Notes under the pieces: generated by a model
What the model was told of the DNA's origin: nothing
The model's database searches: none
The model's input: the letters and a program-made list of their open reading frames with translations, nothing else
Source: Squalus acanthias
Lineage: Eukaryota
Assembly: GCA_030390025.1 (NCBI GenBank)
Contig: JASTWF010000034.1
Location: 310,001 to 374,000 of the forward strand
DNA: 64,000 nucleotides
Direction: 5' to 3'
Shown: positions 12,438 through 25,689 of the stretch, piece after piece
Numbering within the stretch: position 1 is the first letter of the stretch
Layout: the number at the start of each line of letters is the position of its first letter
Translations under genes and position numbers: made by a program

Positions 12438-12866
12438 GCAATAGCAAAATACTGCGGATGCTGGAAATCTGATGCAGGGGCAGGGAAAGGGTGTAGGGGA
12501 GGAAATAATAAAAGGAACGGTCTGTGATAGGGTGGAAGGCAGGAGTGGTTCAATGTTGCAAATGGGGATGGTAGAATCATCAACAGCTGCCGCCTGAAAC
12601 ATAGGGGCCGAGGTTATGGTCTGAAATTGTTGAACTCAATGTTGAGTCCAGAAGGCTGTAAAGTGCCTAATAGAAAGATGTGATGCTGTTCCTCGAGCTT
12701 ACGTTGTAAGAGGCCGAGGACAGAGAGGTCAGAGTGGGAGTGGAGCGCTTGTCACTTTAATTCTCCGCTCCACTCCCACTCTGACTGCAGCTCAGGCGGC
12801 AGCTGTTGATGATTCTGTCATCCCCATTTGTAACATTTAACCACTCCTGCCTTCCACCCTATCAAA
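12438..12866. mobile_element. Penelope-like fragment with internal inversions
   Basis: Starts with pLTR-like AAAATACTGCGGATGCTGGAAATCTGA; 12525-12597 is inverted at 12793-12865; hairpin 12728-12785. Confidence 0.55.
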
Positions 12867-13768
12867 GACTGTCCGTTTTGTTATTTCAGTGACATCCTTG
12901 ACCCTGGCACCAGGGAGGCAACATATCATCCTGGAGTCACGTCTGTGGCTGGAGAAACACCTGTCTCTTCCTTTAACCATCGAATCTCCTATCACTATTG
13001 CTTTCCCGACCTTGCTGCCCCCCTCCCACCTACAGCTCAGCCACCAATGTTGCCATGGACTTGGCTCTGGTTGTACTCCCCAGAGGAACCATCCAATACT
13101 GGTTCGAGAGTGAGATGCACTCATGGGGCTCCTGCACTAAATGCGTGGTTCTCCTTGTTTGTCTGACGGTCACACATTCCCTCTCTGCCTGCACACTCTT
13201 ATGCTGCGGGGTGACCACCTCCTGAAACGTGCTATCCACGGAGCTCTCAGCCTCACGGATGCACCGCAGTGATGCCAGCTGCTGCTCAAGCTCCGAAACC
13301 CGTGGGAAGTATCCTGGAGTTCCCACATGACACAAGGTGAGCATTCCACGGCACTGAGGTGCCCTGCCATGCCTCTATTTAATAGACTACCAACTAACTT
13401 AACGGAATTAAACTCAAGACTTCAAAAAAATCACAATCAACATACTATTTTTTCTTTGCAGCGTCCTCCCTTGTGCTGATGTCACTTAGCTAACTCCCTT
13501 GCACTCGCTCCCAGCTCCGGGTTCTCTGGCCTACCTTTATTTCCGGCCGCTCCTCTCGCTCTCTCCTCCTTCCCCTCTGCTCCTAATTCCCAAGCTTTCC
13601 AAATTCGCAACCTTAGCACTCTGTTTAGACCACTGACAAAATGGATTTCCCCACACTAGTTCTCTGATTTATTCCATACCAGGCCATCGGGATTAAAAAA
13701 TAATAAATAAATGGTCTTAAATGGCAGGATCTAAGAGAATATCCCAGTGATGGAACGATGGGACTCGA

Positions 13769-14010
13769 CTAGATTACACTGCTCCCACCTCAGTCCAGGA
13801 ATTAAATTCCCAGGGCTGCCTAGATTACATTGCTCCCACCTCAATCCAGGAATTTAATTCCAAGGACAGCCTAGTTTACACTGCTCCCACCTCAGTCCAG
13901 GAATTTCATTCCCAGGGCTGCCTAGATTACACTGCTCCCACCTCAGTCCAGGAATTTCATCCCCAGGGCCGCCTAGATTACACTGCTCCTGCCTCAATCC
14001 AGGAATTTCA
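13769..14010. repeat. 51-bp tandem repeat, ~5 copies
   Basis: CTAGATTACACTGCTCCCACCTCAGTCCAGGAATT recurs at 13769, 13820, 13871, 13922, 13973. Confidence 0.9.
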
Positions 14011-14189
14011 TTGTCAGTTAATTTCTCTATTGCCTGAAAATATAACAATAACAAGAAGAAGAAGAAGAGTGACCTTACCCAGACAAACATGTCATCGTGT
14101 TTGACCGAGGGGAAGAATAATTAAAAGGAGCAAAGGATTAATACGAAGGGATAAAAGGAAAACACTTAACATATTAACCAATGAGATAA

Positions 14190-14900
14190 ATATGCTGTAA
14201 GCACCTCAATACTCCAGGAAACTCTGTGGAAACATTGAATTCTCGCATAATCATACTCACAGAACCACACCTGTCAGTCAACATTCTCAAACCCTCCATC
14301 ACTATTCCAGGGTCTGCACAGACCCACCAGAGGTGGGGGCACAGGGGTATACAATCGGGAGGGAGAAACCCTGTGAGTCCTCAACGTTGCCTAAGGATAT
14401 AATGAAGCCTCACGGCTTCCAGTCAGACATGGGCAAGGTAACTTCCTGCTGATTACCACCTACCGCCCTCCTTCAGCTGTTGAATCGGCACATCTTCATG
14501 CTGAACACCAGTTGATGGGAGCACCGAGAGCAGAATGGGCGCAAATTATACTCTGGGTCGGGAGGGGGAAACTTCAATGCCCATCACCAAGTGTGGTTCG
14601 GAAGTACCATCATTAACCGAGCCCTGAAGAACAGAGCTGCCAGACTGGGATTGCAGCAGGTGGTGGGAGACCCAAGATGAGAGAATAGCCTGCTTGACCA
14701 CGTCCTCACCAACCTACCTATCGCATATGCATCTGTCCATGACGATATTGGTAGGAGTGACCACCGCTCAATGTGTGTGGAGAATAAGTCTCGCCTTCAC
14801 CCTGAGGCCGCCCTCCATCATATCATGTGCATCTGCCATGGTATCAATGGAATGAAGTTAGACAGAGCCAAGCGATCCCAACACATCCAATTATTTCAAA
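14190..14900 (+). mobile_element. Decayed APE-endonuclease region of a CR1/L2-group LINE
   Basis: Remnant motifs LLITTYRPP, FNAHH, LDHVLTN, IGRSDH. Confidence 0.6.
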
Positions 14901-15011
14901 GCTTTCATATCCTGTTGTGAATGGTAGTGAACAATTGAGCCGTTTCCCCAGAGCCCTGAAAATGTGTCCTTTTCAAGTTTGCATCCACTTACCTTTTGGA
15001 AGTTATAGTTA

Positions 15012-15365
15012 AGAAAGAAAGAAAGAATTGAATTGATATAGCGCTTTTCACGTTCTTGGGATGTCCCAAAGCGCTTTCAAGCCAATGAAGTACTTTTGAA
15101 GTGAAGTCACAGTTGTACTGTAGGAAACGTGCCAGCCAATTTGAGCACTGCAAGCTCCCACAAACAGCAATGTGATAATGACCAGATAATCTGCTTTAGT
15201 GATGTTGATTGAGATAAATATTGGCCAGATCATCGGGGTTAACTCTGCTGCTCTTCTTCGATATAATTTCATGGGATCTTCTACGTCCACCTTAGAGAAC
15301 AGACTAGGTTTAAAGTCTCATCTGAGAGACGGCACCTCTGACAGTGTAGTGCTCCCTCAGTACTG
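15012..15365 (-). mobile_element. DeuSINE-like SINE, reverse copy
   Basis: Reverse complement of the SINE body/tail at 11550-11655 and 12180-12420. Confidence 0.75.
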
Positions 15366-15444
15366 CCCCTCTTACAGTGATGCACTCCCTCAGTACTGCC
15401 CCACCCCCCCAACAATGCAGCACTCACTCAGTACTGGCTCGTGT

Positions 15445-17735
15445 GCAGTTTGTCACGTAGTGCAGCTTGGAACAGAGTGTTAAGCTGCGAGTTTTGTGAG
15501 TGAGGGAGTTCGGGGAGGGAGGTGTTCCTTCCTTTTTCTATCTTTGTCAGCTTCTAGGACCTGGTGAGTATTTCTACAGTCCATCGTTAAAGTAAAAGGA
15601 AGGTCTCTAGTTTAGAGTAAGTAGTGTTTAAAGGGAAGTAAGGTCCCTAGTATATTTAATATTCTTTAATTTAAAGGAAGTAAAGGGAGTAAATTAAAGA
15701 CATGGCTGGGCAGCTCGGCAGCGTGGAGTGCTCCTCCTGTGCTTTTTGGGAATTCTGGGACACTTTCGGTGTCCAGGAAGAACACATGTGCAGGAGGTGT
15801 CTCCAGCTGCAGCTAATCAAAATCCGCGATTCGGAGCTGGAGCTGCGACAGGAGTCACTGTGGAGCAGCCGCGAAGCTGAAATCTTCGTGGATAGCACGC
15901 TTAACGAGGTGGTCACACAGCAGGTAAAGAGTGCACAGGCAGACAGGAAATGGGTGACCGCCAGGCAGTGTAAAAGAACAAGGAAGGCAGTGCAGGAGTC
16001 CCCTTGGTCCATATTCCTCTCCAACAGATTTTCCGTTTTGGATACTGATGGGGGAGAAGGTTTCTCAGGGGAATGCAGCAAGAGCCAAGTCCATGGCACT
16101 ACGACTGGCTCAACTGCACAGGAGGGGAGTAAGAGCGGGAGAGCAATAGTGAGAGGGGATTCTATCGTAAGGGGGACAGATAGATGTTTCTGTGGACGCA
16201 GACGTGACTCCAGGATGGTATGTTGCCTCCGTGGTGCCAGGGTCTAGGAGGTCACTGAACGGCTGCAGGGCATTCTGAAGGGGGCGGGCGAACTGTCAGA
16301 GGTCGTGGTTCACATTGGTACTAACGACATGGGTAGAAAGAGGGATGAGGTCCTGCAACACGAATTTAGGGAGCTAGGTTGCAGATTAAAAAGCAGGACT
16401 CAAAGATTATAATCTCTGGATTACTCTCGGTGCCACGTGCTAGTAAGTACAGGAATAGAAGGATAGAGCAGATGAATGCGTGGCTAAAGAGTTAGTGCAG
16501 GAGGGAGGGCTTTAGTTTCCTGGATCACTGGGTCTGCTTCTGGGGAAGGTGGGACCTGTACAAGTCGGACGGGTTGCACCTGAACCGGAACGGGACCAAC
16601 ATCCTTGCGGGAAGGTTTGCTAGTACTGTTGGGAGGGGGGTTTAAACTAACTTGGCAGGGGGATGGGATACCGAGTGGAGCTATAGTAGGGGTGATGCAC
16701 AGGCAAATATAGAGGAAAAAACAAGTCAGTCTGGACGTCAGAGCAAATATGTAACGGCACAAGCGTATATGGCAAGGCTGGATGGCATTTATTTTAATTC
16801 AAGGAGTCTTGCGAGTAAGGCAGATGAATTGAAGGTGTTGATGAACACATGGGAGTATGATATTGTTGCTATCAGAGAGACAGGGTTGAGGGAGGGGCAG
16901 GACTGGCAGCTCAATATTCCTGGGTATAGAATCTTCAGGCGAGACAGAGTGGGGTGTAAAAGCGGAGGGGGTGTCGCAATATTAATCAAGGAGTCAATTA
17001 CAGTACTGCTGTAAGGAGCGATGATATCTTAGCAGGTTTCTCTAAGGAGGCTATATGGGTAGAAATTAAAAACAAAAAATGGGCAATAAATTTTCTGGGA
17101 GTGTACCATAGGGCCGCAAACAGTCAGTGGGAGATAGAGGAACAGATATGTAGGCAAATCTCAGCGAAGTGTCGAAATAATAGGATAATAATAGTAGGGG
17201 ATTTCAACTTCCCCAATATTAAGTGAGATAGTCAGTGTGTGAAAGGCTTAGAGGATGCGGAATTCTTAAAGTTGATCCAGGAGAGCATTTTGAGCCAGCA
17301 TGTTGAATGTTCTACAAGAGAGGGGGCGGTACTGGGCCTAATTCTGGGGAATGTAGCTGGGCAACTGGTGCAAGTGTCATAAGGAGAGCATTTTGGTGAC
17401 AGTGACCATAAGTCGTTGAGATTTAAGGTAGTCCTGGAAAAGGACAAAGATGGACGGGAAATAAAATTTCTAAATTGGGGGAAGGTCGATTTTAATATGA
17501 TAAGGCAGGATCCGACCAAATTGGATTGTATCAGCTACTTGTAGGAAAATCCACATCAGAGCAGTGGGAGTCTTTCAGAAAGTAAATAGAGAGAGTATAA
17601 CGCCAACATGTTCCCGTAAGGTTCAAGGGTGGGACCATCAAGCCCAGGGAACCCTGGATGTCAATTGATGTACAAGAATGGATTAGGAAAAAAAGAGAGG
17701 TTTTTGGCAGATACAAAGGAGTAAAAACAGTGGAA
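15445..17735 (+). mobile_element. CR1 LINE 5' half (ORF1 zinc-finger/esterase and ORF2 endonuclease), decayed
   Basis: CSSC...CRRC, GDSIVRG, DGLHLN; YFNSRSL, GDFNFPNI, GDSDH motifs with stops. Confidence 0.85.
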
Positions 17736-17739
17736 ATAG

Positions 17740-19797
17740 AGCTTTCCAGCTTAATCCCACTTTCCAGCTCTTGGTCCGTAGCCCTGCAGGTGATGGCACT
17801 TCAAGTGCATATCCAAGTACGTTTTAAACGTGATGAGGGTTTCTGCCTCTACCACCCTTTCAGGCCTTGAGTTTCAGACCCGCACCGCCCTCTGGGTGAA
17901 ACAAATTCTCATCTCCCGTCTAATCCTTCTACCAATTACTTTAAATTTATGCTCCTTGGTTATTGAACTCATGCCAGGGGAAATAGGTGCTTGGTATCCA
18001 CTCTATCTAGGCCCCTCATAATTTTATACATCTGAATTAAATGTCTCCTCTGTTCCAAAGTAAAGAACCCCAGACTATTCTCCAGTCTTGGCAACATCCA
18101 CGTAAATCTGCTCTATAATGTCTCAAATGCAATCACATCTTTCCTGTAATGTTTTGACCAAAATTGTACGCAGTATTCTAGCTGTGGTCTAATTGGTGTT
18201 TTATACAGTTCTAGCATAAACTCCCTGCTTTTATATTCTATGCTTCGGCTAATAAAACAATGTATCCCACATGCATTTTTAACCACACTATCTACATGTC
18301 CTGATAGTTTTAGAGATATGTGGAAATGTACTCCAAGGTCCCTCTGTTCCACTGCACCTCTCAGTATCCTACCATTTATTGTGTATTCCATTTTTTGTAA
18401 CCCACCACAAATGCATTACCTCACATTTCTCCGAATTGAAGTCCATTTGCCACTGCTCTGCCCACCGGACCAGTCCATTGATATCTTCTTGCAGTCTACA
18501 GCTTTCTTCCTCACTATCAACGACACGGCCAATTTTTGTATCATGTGCAAACTTCTTCATCATGGCCCCAACAGTGAAGTCTAAATCATTGATATATACC
18601 ACAAATAACAGGGGACCTTGTACTGAGCCCTGTGGAACCCCACTGGAAACAACCTTCCAGTCACAAAGAACAACCGTTGACCATTACGACCTTTGCTTCC
18701 TGCCACTGAGCCAATTTTGGATCCAACTTGCCACTTTTCCTTGAATCCAATGACCAACCTGTCATGTGGGACCTTGTCAAAGGCCTTACTAATATCTACG
18801 TGGACTACATCAAATGCACTCCCCTCATCGACCCTCCTCATTACCTCCTCAAAAAGTTCAATCAAGTTAGTCAGACACGACCTTCCCTTAACATTACCAT
18901 GCTGACTGTCCTTGATTAATCTGTGCCTTTATAAATGCCGATTTATACTGCCCCTCAGAATCTTTCAATATTGTATTCCACCACCAAGGTTAGACTGACT
19001 GCCCTGTAATTACTCGGTCTATCCCTTTCTCCCTTTTTAAACAATGGTACAACGTTAGCCGTCCTCCAGTACTCTGGCATCATGCCTGCAGCCAGAGAGG
19101 ATTGGAAAATGATGGTCTGAGCCTCCGCTAATTCCTCCCTTAAAAGCCTGGGATACATTTCATCCGAGCCTCGTGATTTATCTACTTTCAAAGATGCTAA
19201 ACACCTTAATGGTTCCTCTCTCACTAGGTTTGTCGCATTTAATATTTCACACTCCTCCTCAAAAACAATGCCTGCATCATCTCACTCTTCTGTGAAGACA
19301 GACACAAAGTGTTTATTAAGAACCATATCCACGTCTTCCGCCTCCACACACAGATTCACAGTTTGGTCTATAATAGGCCAGACTCTGTCCTTAGTTATCC
19401 TCTTGCTCTTGATGTATGTGTAAAATATCTTTGGGTTTTCCTTGATTTTACTTGCAAATATTTTTTCATGCCATCTCTTTGCTTTCCTAATTTCCTTTTT
19501 AATTTCACCCCTGCACTTTCTATACCCCTCTAGGCTTTCTGTAGTATTGAGCTCTCGGTATCTGACAAAAGCTTCCCTTTTTGTTCCCTTATCCTACCCT
19601 GTATTCCCCTTGACATCCAGGGGGCTCTAGATTTGGAAGTCTCATCCTTTATCTTTGTGGGAATATATTTGCTCTGAGCCCTCACTATCTCCTCGTTGAA
19701 TGCTTCCCACAGCTCTGACACTGATTTCCAATTTAGAAGCTGTTCCAGTCCACTTTTCCTAAATCACATCTCAGCGAAGTAAAATTGTCCTTTTCCA
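17740..19797 (-). mobile_element. CR1 LINE ORF2 (RT) decayed
   Basis: SKAFDKVPH, KFAHDTK, EYCVQFWS on minus strand. Confidence 0.85.
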
Positions 19798-19799
19798 TT

Positions 19800-20158
19800 T
19801 GGGGAGATTTAATATAGATGTTCAAGATTGTAATGGGTTTTGATAGAGCAAGTAAGTCGGTTTCCAGATTCAGAATGGTGGGTAACCAGTGGAAACACAT
19901 GTAAAGTAATTGGCAAAAGAACCAGAGGAGAAATGTAAATTTTCTTTACGCAGTGAGTTTTGATCTAGAATGCACTGACTGAGAACGTGGTGGAAGCAGA
20001 TTCAACAGTAAATTTCGAAAGGGAATGGGGTAATTAGATGAAGGGAAATTTTTTATGGGGCTCTGATTAAAGAGTAGGACTGAATTGTTAACTCTTTCAA
20101 AGAGACGGCACGGACACGATGCCCTCCGTCTGTGATGTACCGTTCTATGATTCTATGA
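19800..20158 (+). mobile_element. CR1 3' fragment
   Basis: Degenerate C-terminus and (TTCTATGA)2 tail. Confidence 0.7.
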
Positions 20159-20361
20159 GCAAGAGACAGAGAGATAGAGCAGATGGAGAGAGAAGAGGGG
20201 GAGAGAGAAAAAGTGAGAAAGAGAGAAATAAAAATTGAGACTGAAAGACAGGGAGAGGTACAGAGGGAAGGTAATTAACTTTAAAAGGCGAAATGGATAA
20301 ATACCTGAAGGGGAACAATTTGCAGGACTATGGGAAAAGAGCAAGGGAATGGGACTAATTG

Positions 20362-20855
20362 CAGGGGTGAGGCCATGGTGGGATTTGAACATGAGGAGGA
20401 GAATATTTAAATCGAGTTGTTGCCGGATCGGCAGCCAATGTTGGTCAGTGAGCACAAGGGATAATGGGTGAACGCGACATGATGTGTGTTAGGATATGGG
20501 CAGCAGAATATTGGATGAGCTCTAGTTTATGGAGGCTTGTTACTGGGAGGCCGGCCAGGGGAGCATTGGAATAGTCGAGTCTGGGTTTAACAAAGGCATG
20601 GATGAGGGTTTATGCAGTGGAAGGGCTGAGGTGGAGCGGAGATGGGTGAAATTTTGGGGGTGGTAGTCGGCAGGACTGATGATTCAGAAGATATGAGTTC
20701 GGAACTCAGCTCAGGGACAAAGAGATCGCAGAGGTTGCAAACAGCCTGGTTCAGCCTCAGACATTGACCAGGGAGGGGGCCTGAATCGGTAGATCGAGAA
20801 TGGAGTTTGGGACGAGGACCGAAGACAATGGCTTCGCTCTTCCCAAGATTTAAAT
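20362..20855 (-). mobile_element. L2-type LINE fragment
   Basis: LNLGKSEAIVFG and HWLPIRQ motifs; homologous to 26868-27520. Confidence 0.7.
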
Positions 20856-21099
20856 GCCAAACAGTAATACAGTGAAACGTGGTTGACAGACCCAATTTCT
20901 GGATATAGAGACTTACCAATGACACCAACAGCAGCAAAGAATGAAGAATAGTAATACAGTTAGCAAAGGTTTGCAGGGTTAATAGCTGGATAGATAGACT
21001 TACCAGGAACAACAACTGCAGCAAGGAGGGGAGAGTAAACGACCCGAACAGTAATACAGTAAAACATGGTAAACAGAATTGCTGGATAGGGAGACCTAC

Positions 21100-21280
21100 C
21101 AGGCACAGCAACAGCAGCAAGGAGCGGATAGTAAATGTATTGAATAATCTCAAGCACCAACTGTATCCGCCAGGTTAATGATATATAATCATATAATTCT
21201 GAAAGAAAGTTAATATCCCAGCTGAAACTCCTGCCCATTGTTGTAACATTCCAATCTACTGTTCTCAGATTCTGATCCAT
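21100..21280 (-). CDS. GPR139-like GPCR, exon 1 (N-terminus and start of TM1)
   Basis: MDQNLRTVDWNVTTMGRSFSW...IIQYIYYPLLAAVAVP then donor CCTG|GTAGGT; 181 nt (phase 1) joins exon 2 as VP-VNLVTTGILSRGKCGLS, 360 aa total. Alternative start ATG at 21238. Confidence 0.8.
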
Positions 21281-21559
21281 TGTTGTAACATTCCAATCGA
21301 CTGTTCTCAGATTCCGACTCCCTCTCTGTGGAGCAGCACGCTGATCCCTGTTAGTGCCGGAGGTGATGCTCTCACTGACACTATGGATAACACATTGAAA
21401 GGAGTCCCTTATTAATAGAAGAGGGAAACCCTGCATTGATACAAATAGAGTCCTTGGAGACTGACATTAATTACAGTCACTAAACAAACATCTTCAGTTA
21501 ACCCCTTTCAAGCCAACACTTTTTGTACCACAGTAAAGTAGAACATTTACCCGGTCCGG

Positions 21560-24500
21560 ATGTGAAGTATGAGGATTGCTGAGGGAAGGAATGGTGGAAA
21601 TAGCGCAGGCTAGGCCAGAATATTTCAATCATCCTCGGATATGGGAATTGTGCCAGAGGACAGGAGGGTTGCAAATGTTACACCCTGTTTAAAATAGGAG
21701 AGAGGGATAAACCCTGTAACTGCAGGCCAGTCAGCCTAACGTCAGTGGTGGGGAAACTTCTAGAGCCCATATTCACCGAGAAAAGTTTCTGTCTTTGGAA
21801 AAAATATGGATTGATAAATGACAAACAGCACGGATATGTTAACGGCAAAGTGTGTCTGACAAACTTGATTAAATTCTTTGATGAAGTAACGGAAATGGTT
21901 GATGAGGGTAGTGCGGTTGATGTTGTGCATATGAACATTCAAAATGCATTTGATGAAGTACAATTGAATAGACTTGTTAGGACCAAAGGGACAGTGGCAG
22001 TGGGGATCTGACATTGGCTGAGGGACAGAAAACCGAGGACAGTGGTGAACGGTTGTTGTACAGACTGGAGGGAAGTGCACAGTGGTATCCCCCAGCGGTC
22101 GCTATTCGGACCACTGCTCTTTTTGATATATATTTATGATATAGACATATAAAAAGACATATATATATATATATTCATAGACATATATACACACACACAC
22201 GCACACACACACAGAGCGGGACAGTAGTAGGCTTCAGGAGGACATAGACAGACTGGTGAAATGAGCAAAGTGATGAAAGGTGCCGTCGACAGTGCTATTA
22301 TGTGGCAATTACTCACTAATAGCCTTCTCACCGATGCCCAGTTTGAGTTCCGCCAGGACCACTCGGCTCCAGACCACATTACAGCCTTGGTCCAAACATG
22401 GACAAAGGAGCTGAATTCCAGAGGTGAGGTGAGAGTGACTGCCCTTGACATTAAGGCAGCATTGGACTGAGTGCGGCATCAAGGAGCCCCAGTATAATTG
22501 AAGTCAATGGAAAGCAGGGGGAAAATTCCCCACTGGCTCAAGTCATACCCGGAACAACGGAAGATGGTTGTGGTTTTTGGAGGTCAATCATCACAGCCCC
22601 AGGACATCGCTGCAGCAGTACATCAGGGCAGTGTCCTCGGCCCATCCATCTTCAGCGATTTCATCAATGACCTTCCCTCCATCCTATGGTCAGAAGTGCG
22701 GATGTTCGCTGATGATTGCTCAATATTCAGTTCTATTAACAACTCCTTAGATAATGAAGCAGTCCATGCGCGCATGCAGCAAGACCTGGATGACATTCAG
22801 CCTTGAGTTGATAAGTGGCAAGTAATAATCACACGAAACAAGTGCCAGGCAATGACAATCTCCAACAAGAGCCACATCCCCTTGACATTCAATGGGATTA
22901 CCATCGCCAAATCCGTCACCATCAGTATCCAGGGGGTTTCCATTGACCAGAACCTTAACTGGACCAGCCACATAAATACTGTGGCTAAAAGAGCAGGTCA
23001 AGGCTGGGTATTCTGCGGCGAGTGTCTCACCTCCTAACTCCCCAAATCCTTTCCACCATCTACAAGGCACAAGTCAGGAGTGTGATGGAATACTCTCCAC
23101 TTGTCTGGATGAGTGCAGCTCCAACAACACACAGGAAGCTTGGCATCATCCAGGACAAAGTAGCCCACTTGATTGGTAGCCCAACCATCACCATACAGGG
23201 GTAGAGAGGGTGGTAAAAAGGGAGGGTGTCGCGGTATTGATTAAATAAACTATTACAGCTGTGAGGAGAGATGATATGTTGGAGCCATCATCAAACGAAT
23301 CCATATGGGTGGAATGGAAAAACAAAAAAGAGGCGACCACACTGCTGGGAATGTACTATAGACCCTGAAAAAGTGAGATGGAGATGGAAGAACAAATGTG
23401 TCGACACATTTCTGAGAAGTGCAAAAACTATAGGGCAGTAGTAGTAGGAGATTTGAACTACCCCAATATTAACTGGGATAAGCTGGGTTTGTTTTCCTTG
23501 GAACAGAGGAGGCCTGCTCCTGCTCCTATTTCTTATGTTATGTTCTTAAACATTCACTCCCTCCACCAGCGGCGCACCGTGGCTGCAGTTTGTACCATCT
23601 ACAAGATGCACTGCAGCAACTTGCCAAGGTTTCTTCGGCAGTACCTCCCAAACATGCAGCCTCTACCACCTAGAAGGACAAGGGCAGCAGGAGCATGGGA
23701 ACACCATCACCTGTAACTTCCCCTCCAAGTCACACGCCATCCTGACTTGGAAGTATATCACCATTCCTTCATTGTCGCTGGGTCAAAATCCTGCAACTCC
23801 CTCCATAACAGCACTGTGGGAGCGCCTTTCCATCACCGACTGCAGCGGTTCACCACCACCTTCTCAAGTGCAACTAGGGATGGGCAATAAATGCAAGGCG
23901 TGCCAGCGATGACCACAGGCCATGAATGAATAAAAAAGAACAAAATAGATGGCAGATGAAATTCCATAAATTGCATCGATTTTAGAACGTTTGCCGCGGA
24001 TTGGAATGTAGCAAATGTAACCCCAATATTTAAGAAAGGAGGGAGAGAGAAAACGGGGAACGACAGATCAGTTTTCCTGACATCAGTAGTAGGGAAAATG
24101 CTAAAATATATTAAGGACGTAGTAACAGGGCACTTAGAAAATTATAATAGGATTGGGCAGAGTCAACACGGATTTATGAAAGGGAAATCGTGTTTGACAA
24201 ATTTGTTTATTGAGGTTGTAACAAGCAGAACAGATAAGGGGGAGACAGTAGATGTGGTGGATTTGGATTTTCAGAAGACATTCAATAAGGGCCACACAAG
24301 AGGTTATTAAACAAAATTGGATTGGGGGTAATATTCTAGCATAGGTTGAGGATTGGTTAACGGACAGAAAACAGAGAATTGCAATAAACGAGTCATTTTC
24401 GGTTTGGCAGGCTGTAACTAGTGGGTACCGCAAGAATCAGTGTTTGGGCCACAGCTATTTACGATATATATCAATGATTTGGATGAGGGGACCAAATGCA

Positions 24501-25415
24501 ATATATCCAAGTTTGCTGATGATACAAAGCTGGGTGGGAATGTAAGTTGTGAGGAGGATACAAGGAGGCTTCAAGGGGATATAGACAGGCTAAGTGAATG
24601 GGCAAGAACATGGTAAATGGAATATAATGTGGAGAAATGTGCAGTTAGGAAAAATAGTAAAGCAAGGTATTTTTTAAATGTTGAGAGATTCGGAAATGTT
24701 GGTGTTCAGAGGGACCTGGGTGTCCTTGTACATGAATCACTGAAAGGTAACATGCAGGTACAGCAAATAATTAGGAAAGCAAATGGTATGTTGGCCTTTA
24801 TTACAAGAGGATTTGAATATAAGAGTAAAGATGTCTTACTGCAATTATATAGGGCCCTGGTGAGACCACACCAGGAGTACTGTGTACAGTTTTGGTCTCC
24901 TTACCTAAGGAAGGATATAATTGCCAAAGAGGGAGTGCAACGAAGGTTCACCAGACTGGTTCCTGGGATGGGGGGATTGTCCTATGAGAACAGATTGAGT
25001 AGACTAGGCCTATGTTCTCTAGAATTTAGAAGAATGAGAGGTAATCTCATGGAAATATATAAAATTCTTAGAGGGCTTAAGAGGCTAGATGCAGGGAGGA
25101 TGTTTCCCCTGGCTCGGGAGTCTAGAACAAGGGGTCACAGTCTCAGCAAAAGACGTCGGCCAGTTAGGTCCGAGATGAGGAGAAAATTCTTCACTCGGAG
25201 GGTGGGGAATCTTTGCAATTCTCTACCCCAGAGGGCTGTGGATGCTCAGTCGTTGAGTATATTCAAGACAGAGATTGAAAGATTTTTGAATATTAAGGGA
25301 ATCATGGGATATGGGGATAGTTCAGGAAAGTGGAGTTAAGGTAGAAGATCAGCCATGACCTTATTGAATGGCGGAGCAGGATCGAGGGGACAAATGGCCA
25401 ACTCCTGCTCCTATT
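21560..25415 (+). mobile_element. Stack of LINE RT fragments: CR1 (21560-22260), second CR1/L2-group family (22262-23938, containing CR1 pieces 23195-23545), CR1 (23985-25415)
   Basis: QHGYVNGKVCLTNL; QGSVLGP/MFADD; 240-aa CR1 C-terminal ORF 24617-25339. Confidence 0.8.
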
Positions 25416-25689
25416 TCATATATTCCTATTTTCTAACTTTCAATATCTATCCCTGTCTTTCTCTTCCCTCTGCCTCTCCCAGCCTGTCTGTCTCTCTCTG
25501 GCTTTCTGTGGCTCTCACCCTGACTTTCTGTCTCTCTATTTCTATCTCTCAATCTGCCCACTCTCATTGTTTCTATTTCTCTCTTTGTGTCTGTCTGACT
25601 CTCTCTATGGCCCGCTCAATGACCCTGCCAATGTCTCGCTCTATGTTTCAGTCAATGTCTCTCTAAATGTCCCTCTCAATGTATCCCTG

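Larger units (their letters stand above)
8216..13600 (-). mobile_element. Near full-length decayed CR1 LINE (ORF1 esterase ~12875-13370, ORF2 EN-RT ~8216-11430) with nested insertions
   Basis: GDSMVKG esterase motif, NSDHSII (EN), KSPGADG, KFADDTK, YYVQFWAPH all on minus strand in correct order. Confidence 0.85.
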
